Origin: Trichosphaerium sp. ATCC 40318 | Lineage: Eukaryota; Protista; Tubulinea | Length of the DNA: 64,000 bases | Assembly (NCBI GenBank): GCA_038496445.1 | Contig: JALMLS010000447.1 | Location: 62,001 to 126,000 of the forward strand | Reading direction: 5' to 3' | Part shown: positions 14,555 to 28,572 of the stretch, piece after piece | Layout: every line of letters begins with the position of its first letter | Numbering within the stretch: position 1 is the first letter of the stretch | Program-made: the position numbers and the translations under genes | Notes under the pieces: generated by a model | Seen by the model: only the letters and a program-made list of their open reading frames with translations | What the model was told of the DNA's origin: nothing | Databases searched by the model: none

Positions 14555-15640
14555 TCAATATCCTTCCTCTTGCGATGGCTTTCCATTGTGTACCAATGTG
14601 TACGTATGTAGAGCGCTACGGTCCCAAACAGCAACCGCCTCTGTTATCACTTTCCAGTGATGTTTTGCCAACATATTTAACGTCGGGATGTGGCTCTCAC
14701 CAAAAGCCTCAAGTGGCCATGAATACATACCATTTACCTTCTCTGCAGTAATGGGTCTAGTGCAAGTATTTAATACTCAGTGATTGATACACAAGTTGCT
14801 TTTTATTGAAAGCATACCTGACTGCAATGGAGGCAATGTCTCCAAGTTCTATAGAAGCCAAATCGCCATGAATCCTAATGTTCCCATCTGCTACTTCGAA
14901 TGCGATGTACTTTACATCTACGCTAATCTTCTTTACTGTAGGCAATGCAATTTGGTAAAATTCAGCCTCTCGATATACAGCACGTGATGACATGCCTAAA
15001 AAAAAGATGATTATTGTTTTTGCATATTTTTTTTCCCTTTCAACAGGATGAGTGACATACCAACTGGTATCTCTAGCTCTTTTGTTCGTAGGTAATTTAA
15101 AATTGGCCTGAAAAATTCACCATCTCTGTCAATAAAGTATGCACCTAGTATCTCAATGTGTGAGGGTCGATTTTATTCAAACATGTTCCCGGTTTCAAAA
15201 AAATTGACTGAAAAAAGCAAGTTTGTTTGAAATAAAGCTTTCAATTTTTTTGATTTTGATCTTTCCGCTTTTGTTTTATTTAAACTAACATACCGCTTTC
15301 GTCTTTTACACTTGGTACTGATGATGACAGTAAAGGCAGAAAAAAATTGGTACCTACAGAGAACTGTCAACATCTTGTTTATCTTTAATTAACATTAACC
15401 AGGTCATTGCGGTCAAGTACGGAGGCTGTGCTGTATTTTTTTTTCTTTTCCCCTCTTGATGCGCAGTTAAAATGGCGCTATGCGTGTACCTTCACTCAGT
15501 AGTGTCTGTGGCGTTGTTGAGTATCGAAAGCCACCAATATTTAGATGAATTATGCGCGGTTTGGGTGTATTCGCCTTTCTTGACTCTGTTTTTCCACTAC
15601 TGCGCTTGCGTCGTGATTTAACGCGTGTTTCTGAAGCCAT
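14555..15640 (-). CDS. KCTD-type BTB/POZ (T1) domain protein
   Basis: IIHLNIGGFRYSTTPQTLL...GTNFF...DESG|AYFIDRDGEFFRPILNYLRT...VYREAEFYQI matches the BTB_2 signature. Confidence 0.9.
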
Positions 15641-15916
15641 GAGACAATTATTGATTTACAGCGCCCATAGGCTGTACAGAGCAGCTTTTCTTTTGTAAAT
15701 TAATGAGTTTTAGTGCTTGTGCCAACAGCTAAGGCAATTCAACGATAGTAAAACAATAAACCAAAAAACGACAAAAAAAAAATCTGCAATCTCACTTTGT
15801 ACTTCTTCCTCTCAAAGAAATTGATAGTTCAACAAGTCATGAGTATATTTTTTTGGGTGTTGCACGTGTTTTGGGCTTGTCCACGTGCTTGAGTAGATTT
15901 ATTTAGGTAAAGTATA

Positions 15917-16826
15917 TTAGCAATTTGTACATTCTTTGGAAGCTCCTGAAATCCAATTAATCAAGTAATGTCCCCTTCTAATATGACCTAATAAGCTACA
16001 GTGCACATCACATGAAAGCAAGTAATTACCCGTGGTGTCCATGAAAACCAAATTGATCTTCCTCTCCAAGAGCATAAATAACGTGCATGAAATCATTTGC
16101 AAGTGGCCAGTCCGCCTTTGTATCCCTTTGGAGGTACATCATTTTATTATCAACGACAACTCAATTTCGCGTACCCTGTATCTAGAGCACGTGTCCATGA
16201 CACGAAAGACGACGAAGAGGTGCGTTCATACGAAACCATTTTTACGTTTTCTACACCTCCCAAAGCTGTATCTATTTCGTAAAGTGTCACTTTCGAACTT
16301 GGCTCAAAATATCATCCTTGTCGTACCATTTAAAGGCGCTGTTTTTGCTGAATGCTTTCTGTAAACGGGCTGTTAATAAATCGACGCGGTGATGAATACT
16401 AGTGTACGCATTGTTGGAATATCTATCGTCGATAGAAGCATGATTGTTGCTATCAAAAACAGCAATGACATAATCGCTGCTGTACATGTCGTGGTAGTCT
16501 TTGCCTAATTCATTTGTAAGCTCTTAAAACACCGTCAATATGTGTACCTGTTGATCCGTATTCATGCCAACCTAGTCCTATCCATACCTATTTTGTTCAA
16601 GTCAGAAGCAATCCAAACAAAATTGTACGCACTCGTTTGTTTGTTGTCATATTTACAGTGATGCTATCAGAATCTACCTTTGAGCGGGTGTAAGCTTGGT
16701 AGAAACCTCTCGAGTGTAAAATACCTGCCAAGCTACTTTCAAGCTTCCTTCTAGAAACGTTACTGTAAAAGGAGACTGTGCTAAAAGGCCACTAGCGAAT
16801 AGAAAAAGAACGACAAGGAGACGCAT
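15917..16826 (-). CDS. Secreted DOMON-domain protein, copy 1
   Basis: Signal peptide MRLLVVLFLFASGLLA; MYSSDYVIAVFD...IDDRYS...PLNDTALGGVENV...SWTRALDTGD...VIYALG...FGFH fits the DOMON pattern (Met/His heme-ligand positions). Confidence 0.8.
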
Positions 16827-17110
16827 TGGTATGAAGTATATTGTTGAGAAAAATGAGTCAATTTCTCGTACACAAAATTCCACGCGACAATACACTACTT
16901 AATCGAGAACACCTCTGTACATAATTGTCACTCATAGGATCATCTACAGAGGGAATAGAGATGATAATCGCAAGCATACAATCCGTACTAAAGCCATGAA
17001 ATTAAGCCGCTGTGAACGTAAGCGTGCTTAAAATAATTCCTTTTTTGTACAATTAGGCAAAATATTATTTTAACGGGTTTTATTTTGGTTGTGTGCTTGA
17101 ACTAGCAACC

Positions 17111-18380
17111 TCATTTAGGTATACTTGATCCAAGTACTTTCAGAGTTGTATAAATTATAGTAGTGCCATTACCATGCACTTTAGCTAGCATCCCAAGTTT
17201 GCTTCGGTGTAAAGCGATAACACTTGTGCCTCCTTGAGCCAATCCCACAATTGTATCATCTGATACATCCACTCCTCGCAACCCAAGTGTATGTATACCA
17301 GCCAGAGGAATAACACTATCGTCTGTCAAGCGAGTGCAGTACGTGAGATTAAGTGCGTGAACATTACTAAGCTGAGATGTTATAGCACTATCAAAAGTCA
17401 CGTGATCATTTCTTGAAAAATCAATAGCATATGCATTTGATAAGCTTGACAAGCTCTTGCTTGTAATACTGTCACAAGCAATCAGACTTATCCTCCTAAC
17501 ACCGCCTTCACCCAATACTTTTATGGATCCATCTGTGATATTATGACAATGTGATAGATCTATCACACGAACTCCTTTTAATGCCTTAACAGCAGTATCT
17601 GTTATGCCCAAGTTTGCTAGACTTATTGAATGAACTCCCTTTAGTGGTATGACACCTTCATCTGTAATATTCGTTAATGATAGATCAATATGCTTTACAC
17701 CTGCAAGTGCAGCAACTCCCTCATTTGTTATATCTCTACAGGCTCTGAGACTGATTGTCTTAACTCCTGCAAGTGCAAACAAGCAACCGTCGTCTACCAA
17801 CCTAGAGCATCTAGAAAGGCTTACTGACTGAACACCTGCCAATGATGCAAATCAGATACCACTATTGACCTCCCAAGTACTGCATCACGTACATCAGGTG
17901 TGTTTGTCAGTCTATCAGTGATGAGAAGACCTCTATGGTGTGTTCTCCTTGTTTGTTTCTTGACTATCGTTAAATGTGTATGTGAAAGCACTGCTGGGTA
18001 TTTTTTGGCTTTAATGATATCCTCTGGCCAAGATAATGTTCCTGTTTTGTATCCAACTTGGTAGTGTATTATATCTGATAGGTGCCAGCATGTTTGTGCT
18101 GTTTTATAACGAGATTTACTGTTTAGGTATTCTAAGACTAGAGCGAGTACTTCTACAGGCAATAAACCTAAATTTGATTCGCCGTTAAGCTGTCTTTCTA
18201 TTCTTTCTTCACTACGCTTCTCTGCTCGTTTTACAGCGTCACTGCATGCGTTAGGAGTTATATTTACCAGTTAAATACGTACTGATCACGCCAGTAGCGA
18301 AATAGAGAAACTATCAGCAATGCGCCACCAAACAACACGGTAATCGCTAAATATAATAGCGTTTCAGTGTCTTGTACCAT
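17111..18380 (-). CDS. F-box/LRR protein with N-terminal transmembrane segment; internal frame break near 17830-17890 (intron or frameshift)
   Basis: Exon 1 MVQDTETLLYLAITVLFGGALLIVSLFRYW, phase-2 intron, F-box LLPVEVLALVLEYL...AQTCW, then LRRs (ITNEGVAALAGVKHIDLS). Confidence 0.75.
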
Positions 18381-18688
18381 AACTGATGCTTTTGTAAAGT
18401 AATACTGACCACGTAGACAGTTTGATAGACTTAACACATGTGTAGTCATTCACTGATCAGATTTCACTTTAACGAAAGCTTTCGATTTTGGATATTCTCT
18501 CACTGAAGAAAGTTCAAGGATTTTGGTCTATCTCACTTATCATCTAGTTTAGCTTAAAGATAAAACGGAGACATGGTTGTAAAATACATACAATGTTGTG
18601 ATAGCGTTTATTGTTTCAAAACAAATAGCTCACTCTTTTTTTCGTTAAGGCTACATAACAGCTGGTTTTTTTCTTGTTTTGTTTTGGC

Positions 18689-21600
18689 TTAAACATTTTG
18701 GTATGACATGCTTGTCATTGGTTCTTCGTCGTTTCCCAAAGCAGCGTAATCTGCAGTGTTTCTACAATCCTTACATAGAAGGTTGTTATGTATCTTTTTA
18801 AGTTTACCTCTACGGAATTTGTGCTTGCATTGCTTGCACTTAACCTTCTTTATACAACAACAAAAAAAGCAGAAACAACACGCTGTTATTAATGTTAGGA
18901 CCACAAGTCCACCTCCAGCTGCAAGGGTAGGTACCAACCATGGAATAGAAGTACCCTCTTCTAAACAAGATTAAGTAAGAAAAATCTGCATTTGGTTGAA
19001 AGCGTACGTCCTGGATCTTTGCTGGAGCCTCCGTTTAGTCCAGTACTGATGGGTACAATACCGACTGGTTGGCTAGTAGTAGGGTTTTGGGTTGGTGCAT
19101 GAGTTGGTGCGTCTGTAGGTGTATCGGTTGGGGCAACGCTAGGGGTATGAGTTGGTGCATCACTTGGTACCTCTGTTGGAGTGTGTGTTGGTGCTTCGGT
19201 AGTTGGGCCTACAGTTGTAGGAGGTTGTGTTGTAGGAGCCTTGGTTGTAGGAGGCTTGGTTGTTGGTGGATTAGTTGTAGGCTTTTGTGTTGTTGGGTGT
19301 TCAGTTGTGGGCGCTACAGTTGTTGGAGGGTCGGTTGTAGGAACTTGTGTTGTTGGATGCTCAGTAGTAGGAGCATCAGTTGTAGGTGCACCGGTGGTTG
19401 GTGCTTGTGTTGTTGGATGTTCAGTGGTTGGCGCTTCAGTTGTAGGCGCATCGCTAGTTGGTGGTTGTGTTGTTGGATGTTCAGTTGTTGGAGCCTCAGT
19501 TATTGGAGCCAGTGTTGTGGGATTCTCTGTTGTAGGTGCTTCAGTTGTTGGAGGTTTGGTTGTTGGCGCCATTGTTGTTGGAGAATTGGTTGTTGGCATT
19601 TGTGTTGTCGGATGCTCGGTTGTTGGAGCTTCGGTGGTAGGGGTGCCAGTGGTTGGAGGTTCCGTAGTTGGATGCTCAGATGTAGGCACTTCAGTTGTTG
19701 GCCCTGTAGTTGTGGGCGATTGTGTTGTTGGATGCTCAGTAGTAGGAGCATCAGTTGTAGGTGCACTGGTGGTTGGTGCTTGTGTCGTTGGATGTTCAGT
19801 GGTTGGAGCTTCAGTGGTTGGAGGCTCAGTGGTTGGAGCTTCAGTAGTAGGAGGCTCAGTGGTTGGAGGTGCAGTTGTAGGCGCATCGGTGGTTGGTGCT
19901 AGTGTTGTTGGGTGTGCAGTGGTAGGCGCTACAGTTGTTGGAGGTTCGGTTGTTGGAGCTTGTGTTGTTGGGTGTTCAGTTGTAGGTGGCTCAGTGGTTG
20001 GAGTCTCAGTAGTTGGCGGTTGTGTTGTTGGTTTCTCTGTTGTGGGTGGTTCAGTAGTGGGTGGTTCGGTGGTAGGAGGCTCAGTGGTTGGAGGCTCAGT
20101 GGTTGGTGGTTCAGTGGTTGGTGGTTCAGTAGTTGGAGGTTGTGTTGTTGGAGCCTCGGTCGTTGGAGCTTCAGTGGTTGGAGATTCAGTCGTTGGAGAG
20201 CTTGTAGTTGGAGATTCAGTCGTTGGAGGTAAAGTGGTTGGAGGCTCAGTTGTAGGAGGTACAGTTGTAGGAGGCTCAGTTGTAGGAGGTGCAGTTGTTG
20301 GAGCCTCAGTTGTAGGAGGTACAGTTGTCGGAGGCTCTGTTGTTGGAGGTTCAGTGGTAGGAGCTTCAGTTGTTGGAGCTAGTGTTGTTGGATTCTCTGT
20401 TGTGGGTGGTTCAGTGGTAGGTGGTTCAGTGGTTGGTTCAGTAGTTGGAGGTTGTGTTGTTGGAGCCTCAGTCGTTGGTGGTTCAGTGGTTGGTGGTTCA
20501 GTAGTTGGAGGTTGTGTTGTTGGAGCCTCGGTCGTTGGAGCTTCAGTGGTTGGAGATTCAGTTGTTGGAGTAGGAGGCTTTGTAGTTGGTGCTGGAGTAG
20601 GAGATTCTGTTGGGTAGGCTGTTGGCGGTGGCGTTGGTATATATTTTGTTGGCGCATCAGTGAATACATTACCGTATCCAGGACAAGCATTGTACTTTAA
20701 ACTGAGAGGTGTAACCTAGAAAAACAATTACAATATGTAAGGGCAAGTACAACTTGTACCATGTCAGTTGAGACCAATGTAGTGAGGTCTCCATCAACAA
20801 CGTTAAATCCACCAACACCGTTACCGCTCATTGTATCAAAAGCTATTTCATAGTTATCATCTCCTTGAGGGAAGGGACCAAGCACAAAGCCGTCCATCCA
20901 TTTCTAAAGCCATGAGTGTTTGTTTGATAAACTGTTTGAGATCCGTACATCTACCCAAGCGTAGCGTGCTACAAACGTACTTGTAGCAGCGTTGTAACTA
21001 ACTTTATCTGATGTATCATCTGTTAGGACCAACTATGGGTGTGTTAGAGAAATATGAGACAAAGTCTTGAAATGAGATGATTGGCGTACTTTCACATCAG
21101 GATTTGGTGGCTTTACTGTAACCCTCATATCAATTCTTCCTCCTGTAGTATCCTGAAAATCCTCTGATTTTGGAGAGTCAATCATACAAACAAGATAGTG
21201 ACCGTCCTATTGCTACAAAGTGAGAAATCTACAAAACTTCATCGAAAAAGAGAAAAACCAAGTAAAAAACAAGAAAAAACAAAAGAGATTTTTTGACGTT
21301 ACCGCTGCATCGACCCAAAATACACCAACCATATCCTGAACTTGTGGCAAATACTCTAGACCATTTGGTGTTTTTGCTTTTGGACCGCTTTTTCTGTATC
21401 CATAAAAGTCTTTTATCTTCATATCTGTCTCAAAAGGACGTATTTCTCTCAACTCCGCTATTATCGACAAAATCAATTAGAAAAAATATGACGTAATCAA
21501 CGATTACGCTTTGAAGGTTTTTTACGCGCGTTTTACTACTTCCTACGCTATTTTCATAGTTGCACGCTAACAGTGCACAGTGTGAATGATTATTTTAGCG

Positions 21601-21756
21601 TAATTGGGAGTAAAGTCAAAATACCCAAGAGAATAGGCCTATTCACGTTGTCGTACCATTTACATCTGCTTGTATGCATTTTTCGGGGGTTTCTTGTGCG
21701 TTTACGTCATAAATAACGATAAGTAAAACCATAAAGGTTATAATTGTGTTTCTCAT
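18689..21756 (-). CDS. Type I membrane mucin-like protein: signal peptide, globular domain, PTTxx repeat stalk, TM helix, Cys-rich tail
   Basis: MRNTIITFMVLLIVIYDVNA signal; DFYGY...TPNGLE...DGFVLGP domain; about 1.5 kb of PTTE(P/A/H) repeats; TM LAAGGGLVVLTLITACC; tail with CKQC...CKDC. Confidence 0.82.
19070..20620 (-). repeat. Coding 15-bp minisatellite (PTTEP/PTTEA/PTTQP units) with higher-order blocks
   Basis: About 100 degenerate 15-nt units such as CCAACCACTGAACCA, read directly from the sequence. Confidence 0.95.
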
Positions 21757-22285
21757 TGTCTTTGTTTGAATTCGTTATGTATTCCCACAAAGAGTTTCTA
21801 CTTCAAGTTAGCGAAAATTTGTTGATTCGGAACTTAATTACCATCACGTCAAATTAGGCTTTTATTAATATCATCTCTTACGGTTCGTCAAGCTCCTCAC
21901 GCAGTACCCAAACAAAAGAAGAAAAAAGCTGTTTAAGCGAGATTCTCCATTTTTCAGTTGATTTTGTTGCCACGCAACGTAGGAAATACGTCATTTTGAG
22001 GTTTCCGCAAGATGTGATTGCGAAACTAGCTGGTAAAGAAACAAAGCTGTCGCTGATTTTGCGTTCTTTCACAGATAACTAAACGAAACTGATCCACGTG
22101 GATTCACTTGTACAAAGAAATTTTCGTACAGTGCTTCTTGCTTGGGTGTTCAACAAACTGATCCTGACAGTATACAATAGGCCAGCAAAATACGATAGAA
22201 ATATTGTCATTGTTTTATTACGTCCGTGGGAACTTTGACATACTAGTTTTTGAAACAAAAGTTCAAGTGTTCATTGACTGTTTAT

Positions 22286-24165
22286 TTACAACATATCAGC
22301 GCCAAGGGCGTACACAGCATTAGATGTTATCTTTGTACCTCTTATACCAATATCAGAAACACCTGCTAAAGTAGAAATAGCATCATCTGTCAAAAGAGAA
22401 CAATCTTTTAAACAAATTGCTCGAACACCTCTAAGTTGTTTAACACTTTGATCAGTAACAAGATTACATCCATCAATCCAAAGTCTCCTAACACCTTTCA
22501 ACGCTTTTATACCAACATCAGTAACTCTAAAGCACTTTGACATGTATATACAAACAGCACCAGCCAAATACTTTACACCTAGATCAGTAACACTATCACA
22601 TCCGGAAATATCGATTGTGTTCACCCCAGCTAACGCTTTAAGCCCTTCATCTGTAAGATGCTTTGTACTTAACTCTATAGTATGTATACCAGATAAAGCC
22701 TTTATACCGACATCTGTAATCAAGCTACATCCTATTATATTCAATGAATGAATACCAGCCATCTTAATAATGGAGTTATCAGTCAGTTTATCACAAGACG
22801 ATAAATCAGCCTCATAAAGAACGCAACCATCACTTACAAGTGATACAATACCTTCATCTGTAATATCAGTACAATCACTAACATGTATAGTGTGTACACC
22901 TTTAAGAGCCTTTAAACCTTCATCAGATATACTACTACATCCACAAAGGTTGATTTCATGTACACCACCAAGAGCAGAAACGCCTTCATCTGTTGTATTA
23001 GAATAGCTTATATCTATAGTATGTATACCAGCTAAAGCCTGAATACCATCATCTGTAACCAAAGGACATTTGTACATGTCAAGGTTATGAACACCAGCAA
23101 GCGCTTTAATGCCTTCATCTGTAACAAGTTCACAATGCCATAAAGTTACACAATGAACTCCTGCTAGCGCTTTTAGGCTCTTATCTGTTATTGCTATACT
23201 ATTAAATCTTATCGTATGAACACCACTTAACGCCTTAATACCTTCATCAGTGATTAAGTCACAGTTACTTATCCTAATAGAATGAACGCCGGCTAACGCT
23301 TTTATACCTTCATCTGTGACTTTAGTACATGCCGTAATATCGACTGTATGTACTCCCGCAAGAGCTGATAGACCGACACTTGTGACTAGTGTATCCCTAA
23401 GCGTAATATTGTGTATACCTGAGAGGAGTTTAATGCTCTCGTCTGTGACCAGTGATGTATCTCTGATTGACAAGCGCTTAACACCAGCTAGTGCCTTAAC
23501 GCCTTCATCTGTCACGCTTGTATTAAAAAGCGTTATATCCTCTACACCGGCGAGTGATATTATACCGATATCTGTAACAGCTGTATTAGAAATATTTATA
23601 CTTTGTACACCTGCTAAAGCCTGAATCCCGATATCCGTAACTTTTGTTCCTTCAAGATTTATAGTATTTACGCCTGCCAAAGCCTTTATGCCTTCATCTG
23701 TAACTCTGTTACAGTTCCTTAAACCTATGCTTCTAACACCTGCTAGCTTTTTTATATCGTCATCTGATACAGGAGGATAGTCTATAGTAATAGGCGTGTT
23801 GTTAAGTAATGGGCTTCCAAATAAAGCGTCAAAGTCAGACGATTTTTTTATAGCTATTGATCCGTATCCCACGTGTTGGTGTACTACATTTGATAAAAGC
23901 CAACAAGATTGTGCGCTAGCAAATCTACTTGATATTGTGCTTTTTTCTAGTATATTTACGAGTAGTTCGACTGGAAGATGCTCCAAACTGCTAAAAAAAT
24001 CATGAATCTTTTTTCACAGTTGTTAAAAGTCGTTAAATATGTTTAATTTAGGTTTTCCACGCGTAATACTGCGCCAGAACGTCATAAAAATGAGAAACGA
24101 GTTAATTTAACATGATATCGTATAGCGTCATTCTAAATAGTAACGTACCACTTGTATGTGTCCAT
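22286..24165 (-). CDS. F-box/LRR protein (about 22 LRRs)
   Basis: Exon 1 ATG GAC ACA TAC AAG TG|gtacgt, acceptor near 23990, giving MDTYKCSLEHLPVELLVNIL (F-box). One long exon of VTDEGIKALAGVHTI-type repeats follows. Confidence 0.9.
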
Positions 24166-25694
24166 TTATAGGCTCGAAAATTGAAGCTCGCGTTGATGAA
24201 CTGTTGGTTTTTTACTGACTTTGACTGATTTTTATTGACTTGGCGCAACGATCGGCCGTTTGTGGCCAAGGTGCTATTGTTTCAACGGTCTACAAATCCA
24301 CGAAAGTTGTTTCACAGTGGCCAACCAACTACGTTTACTCGAGATTTAACCGACAGAAGAAATTGTCTACGCGGTGATTTTTACCTTGTAAACCATTTAA
24401 ACGAGCGCCATATAGCGCCAGGAGCCACCAATACAAAGTTAAGCCGGAACAATGAGATTTTAAAAGTGAGAACGAGAACATCCTGTATGCGTGTTTTTAT
24501 GGCGTTGGTGGGATAGATTTTAGCTGATAGTTGCAGTTTATTAACGGTCGTCTTTACTCGTACGTTTTTAAGTGGTACGTTGACAGTGCGATTATGACTA
24601 TTTTCACTGTTTCGGTGACGTTTCGGCGGTAGAAACGTGATCTAGCGGTTTTATCTACTGACTGGTTTAGAGCCTCTGTAGTTCTGGCACGCATCTTTTC
24701 TACGCGCTCTCGATGTGTTGTTAGCCTCGCTAGCAAGTTTTACGGTTGATAAATCTTTTTAGCGCCAACACTGCCTGATGTAATTGTTTTGTTCGGTTCC
24801 TGAAGTAATACGCGTTTACGTTATGTATTCAAGTATTTAGAACTGTTTTTTTCTGCGTTACAAAAAATGAAATCGTGTTTGCAACTTGAACTATTCGCGA
24901 AGTGTTTGCGTTGTCATAGTCATGTCTGTGCCTGTTGTTGCATCAAATCGAATTCTGAGTATTCTTGAAATCACACACAATGGTGCACACAGCCTTGTGT
25001 CGTTGATATAGGAGGGTTTGAGACATCCCACAATTTATTTCTTGGATAAAATAAGTTGTTTAAAACTATTTTTGGATTGTTCTTATTTCAGGACGGCCAT
25101 CCATTGTTAACGATTGATGATCCCCTCTAAAATGTATTCTTCTTGTTACGAATTTGTTGTACATTGCAATACTCCTACCTTTCAGCGCAGGCTTATAATG
25201 TTCGAGGACTTTTCTGTATGTGGTGCATACCGAAAAGTCACATTGCAATTTCGTACATTTCGGTGCCTTCCGCCTTAATGTTCGAGGGCTCAGTGTGGTG
25301 GTGCACACTGTAGTCGTGCAACAATTTCCTAACATGTCGTACCTTTCGGTGTCTGCCTTAATGTACGAGGACTTCAGCGCGGTGGTGCGCCCTGTAGCCC
25401 ATATGGAGTGTAGTAACAGTTGGGGGTTCATCTGTTGGTTAATATTTTTTGAATAGAAATTTTAAGGTTGGTCTTCTTTGCTGTCTCCAACCAGAACATA
25501 TTAGTCAATGTCTTGTTCACACCCCGTCCCTTTCTTATTGTATACACATCATGTCATCCTTCATTTTGTAAGCTTTTACATTGGTACGACAACCTTTGAG
25601 AACACGTGCAATATCAAAAAACAAGTTGTGGACATTAACAAAAATCAGTACTGTTCCTTGCTTGGCGTGCAATTTGGTCTTTTTTTTTTGATTG

Positions 25695-28572
25695 TTACAA
25701 TTTAGCTGGCGATAAAACCATAGTACGCATGGCTACCAGATTCTTTCTTAAAGTTTCAGCAAACGCTCTAGCTGAAATAGTTTCTTTACACGACTTAAGG
25801 CTAGTCACATTGAACTCCAGCTGTTTCTTTCTGATACCATACCTAAAAAATACCAAATTTGTGAGCGCTCATTGCCACCAACACTCTCTAGAAAGGAAAA
25901 AAGAGATCCGTACCATATGCCATAACCATCATGTACTACAGGCCCAAAAGCAATCACAGAGTGATTGCAAGTGAGACAAGATGTGGACATGTTCCAGTGA
26001 CATGATCGAGAAATTGTTGGGTCTTTCAAGAAGGCGTGGTTGATGTCATTCTAGTTTTTGAAATACAGCTGTAAGTTCAAAAATTGTAAACTAATATATT
26101 TTTGTAAAGCGTACTTGAGAAGCTAATTGTTGTAAAGCCAATAAGTGTCTATCTATACCACCTCCTTTTTTTGCCTAAAACGAGTTTTTTTTTTAGAAAT
26201 TTGACAAGTTTGATTGTTTCTACACGTGCCTCTTTGGCATACTTCACGTGAGCAGAGATACCTGCTTTTAAAGCTTTAATCTTTTGATCTTTTGTAGCGT
26301 TAGGGTCAAGATAAGTCCTGACAAAAGCACATGCTTCAACAGAAGTAGATCGACCTAAAAACGGAAGAAAACCCAAAGTTAGAAAATGATACCCTTGTAT
26401 AGAGTTATACCAGTTTCTGTGCGCCCTCTGCGGAAATGCCTCATTGATACTGACTCATATGCTGGATCAAACTTTTTGTGAATCCTTTAAGGTTGTGAGT
26501 TAAAAACAAATAAAAAATTCTGAGTTGGCTTTTGGTCCAAAAAAAAACCAATTTAGAAGGTAATGCCGTACATGTAATAAGTGAGCTGGAAACACATTTG
26601 AACAAATGCATCAGGACTCATTTTGATACTCTTGATAGCATCCTTACCAAATTCAGTAAATTGTAGCCTACAGGATGACAAGTTATTGATGTCTTTCGTA
26701 ATTCTGCTGTTAGCATTAGAAAGATCATTCTAGGATTTTAAAGTTAACAACCCAATCACGTGATTTTACAAAAAAAATACATACGTCAATGCCTCTAGGA
26801 TATTCCCAAGATAACCGCTGTGGATGATGTAGTCGTGTAGGATGAGATTCCTTTGGACCAGGTGGGTATGAATCGTATTCTCTTTGGTTGATGTCAGTAT
26901 AAAAAAAGGAAACAAACACCTTTTGAATCAATTTTTGGCGTACATCTCTTCGAATATCCTGTCACTGAGTAAAGTAAGCGGAAATCCATCGTAAGGAGAG
27001 TGTTCTTGTATAAATCCACCCTTACCGTTACCTAAGATACGTATCATTTAGTTACAAGAGCTCGCCTTAACATGCCAAAAAAAAAAGCCAAGTACCAAAA
27101 ACAACAAACTGAGTCTTGTCCCACCAACGATTACCGCTCATATACTTTCCTCCTAATCCATGATGTAAATAAGCCATGCCCTAAAAGAGGTAAGAATACC
27201 ACAAAAACCAAGAAACAAGAGCAAGCCGCTCCGAACAGGTTTTTCAAAAAATTACCTGGTTTAAAGTCTCAGGAGAATAGTCATCCAAACAAATTACTGT
27301 CATTGCTGACTCAATTGTATTGAGAGTTTCTGCATTCTTTGGATGCTTCAATAGCTTATCACGTGTCTAAAAACTTGTGATGAATTATACAGAGCATAAC
27401 AGCAAATAGACTAACCTTGGCCCAAACAACTCTGTTTTCAGACGTCAATAGACCAATAGGACGCTCTATAGGTTTTCCATTTGCATCATCTTTAATCTTG
27501 CGTATTTGCCTGTTTTCCAAAAATATATAAGCGCACGTGATCATATAAATATTACTCGAACATACCGCTCAAAGTCTGGTACAGATAGTATATCATTAGT
27601 GCCAGGGTATCTCGTTTCTAGACGGTAAACTGCGTTTTTATAAAAGACAGCAACATGTGAAGACTCTTCTGGTGTATATGTCGTCTAGAAGTAAGTTAGA
27701 GTCGCGTTAAGTACTAACAAAGAATGCTTAAAACCACGTGCAATGTAATCGGTTTGTGTATGTGGAATGCGGCAAGCAGAAAATATGTATCGGTAGAACG
27801 ACATGCATTGAAGTTGACCTCTGATTTCATCTGGAGCAAGACGTTCACTAAAAATGTCCATTAGTGTCACCTAGTGGTAGTACGTTTTAAAAAGAGTTGC
27901 GTACTCATCTAATTCGCGCTTGAATCTTGCTATAGCCCATATCCAAGCAGACGAGCGTTGCTCCTTTAGGTGTTGTTGGTAAGGCCATTTTCTTTGGATT
28001 CAAAAAAAAATTAGATAGTTACCTGGCTCCATGGTCCGCTTGGTGTTGGATCCAAATAAAAAGCAGGTGACACATTAATTACAACAGAATCTTTGTAATC
28101 CATATAAGCCCATGAGTTCCACCTATATTTAGCGTCAATAAAGAGGAAAAAAATGACATCTAGACGAACATTTTCTCAAGCCAAGAATACTGCTCTTTTT
28201 GGTCAAGTTGTACCAACAGTCTCTGAAGCTCTGAGGATTGTATCAGTACAAAACTTGTTGCATTCTATTGACGTACTCTCGCCAGCACCGCCAGCTTTTA
28301 TGAAATCTTTGGCAAGTGATTTTGCTCTATTGTAGTCCTACAAGAACTCAAAGATTAAAAAAAAAAGAAGACAGAAAAAAAAAAACCAACAAAAAGGTTT
28401 TATCAACTTTATGTACCTCCTGTGATACTATAGGTTCTAGTGTTCTTAAAAACTTGCTTATAGTACTATGGAGATCTGGTATAGGTAATCTAGGAAGTTG
28501 ATCCTGGCAAGCAAAGGTGGTATTGTTGACATATTTGGTTGTTTGTTTTTTCACGTGGTTACGCTCAAACAT
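25695..28572 (-). CDS. Carnitine O-acyltransferase (CRAT/CROT family), probably peroxisomal
   Basis: QDQLPRLPIPDL...FL..LEP; NRWWDK; EHSPYDG; SPDAFVQMCFQL; YESVSMRHFRRGRTET; FGPVVHDGYGI; C-terminus SPAKL* is a PTS1. Confidence 0.92.

Noticed and set aside
16032-16364. Plus-strand ORFs conserved at 16.0-16.4 kb and 50.9-51.3 kb
   Set aside because: Conservation is explained by the duplicated minus-strand DOMON gene.
19181-20617. 478-aa plus-strand Val/Gly-rich ORF and overlapping Cys/Trp-rich ORFs
   Set aside because: Antisense shadows of the minus-strand PTT repeat, which has a signal peptide, TM helix and proper splice sites.
23986-24003. Apparent homopolymer frameshift or non-ATG start of the large LRR gene
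   Set aside because: Resolved by a short upstream exon (ATG 24165, donor GTACGT) spliced in phase 2.
25066-25456. Overlapping ORFs between the LRR gene and the carnitine acyltransferase
   Set aside because: No recognisable domain or consistent splice model; cannot support a call.
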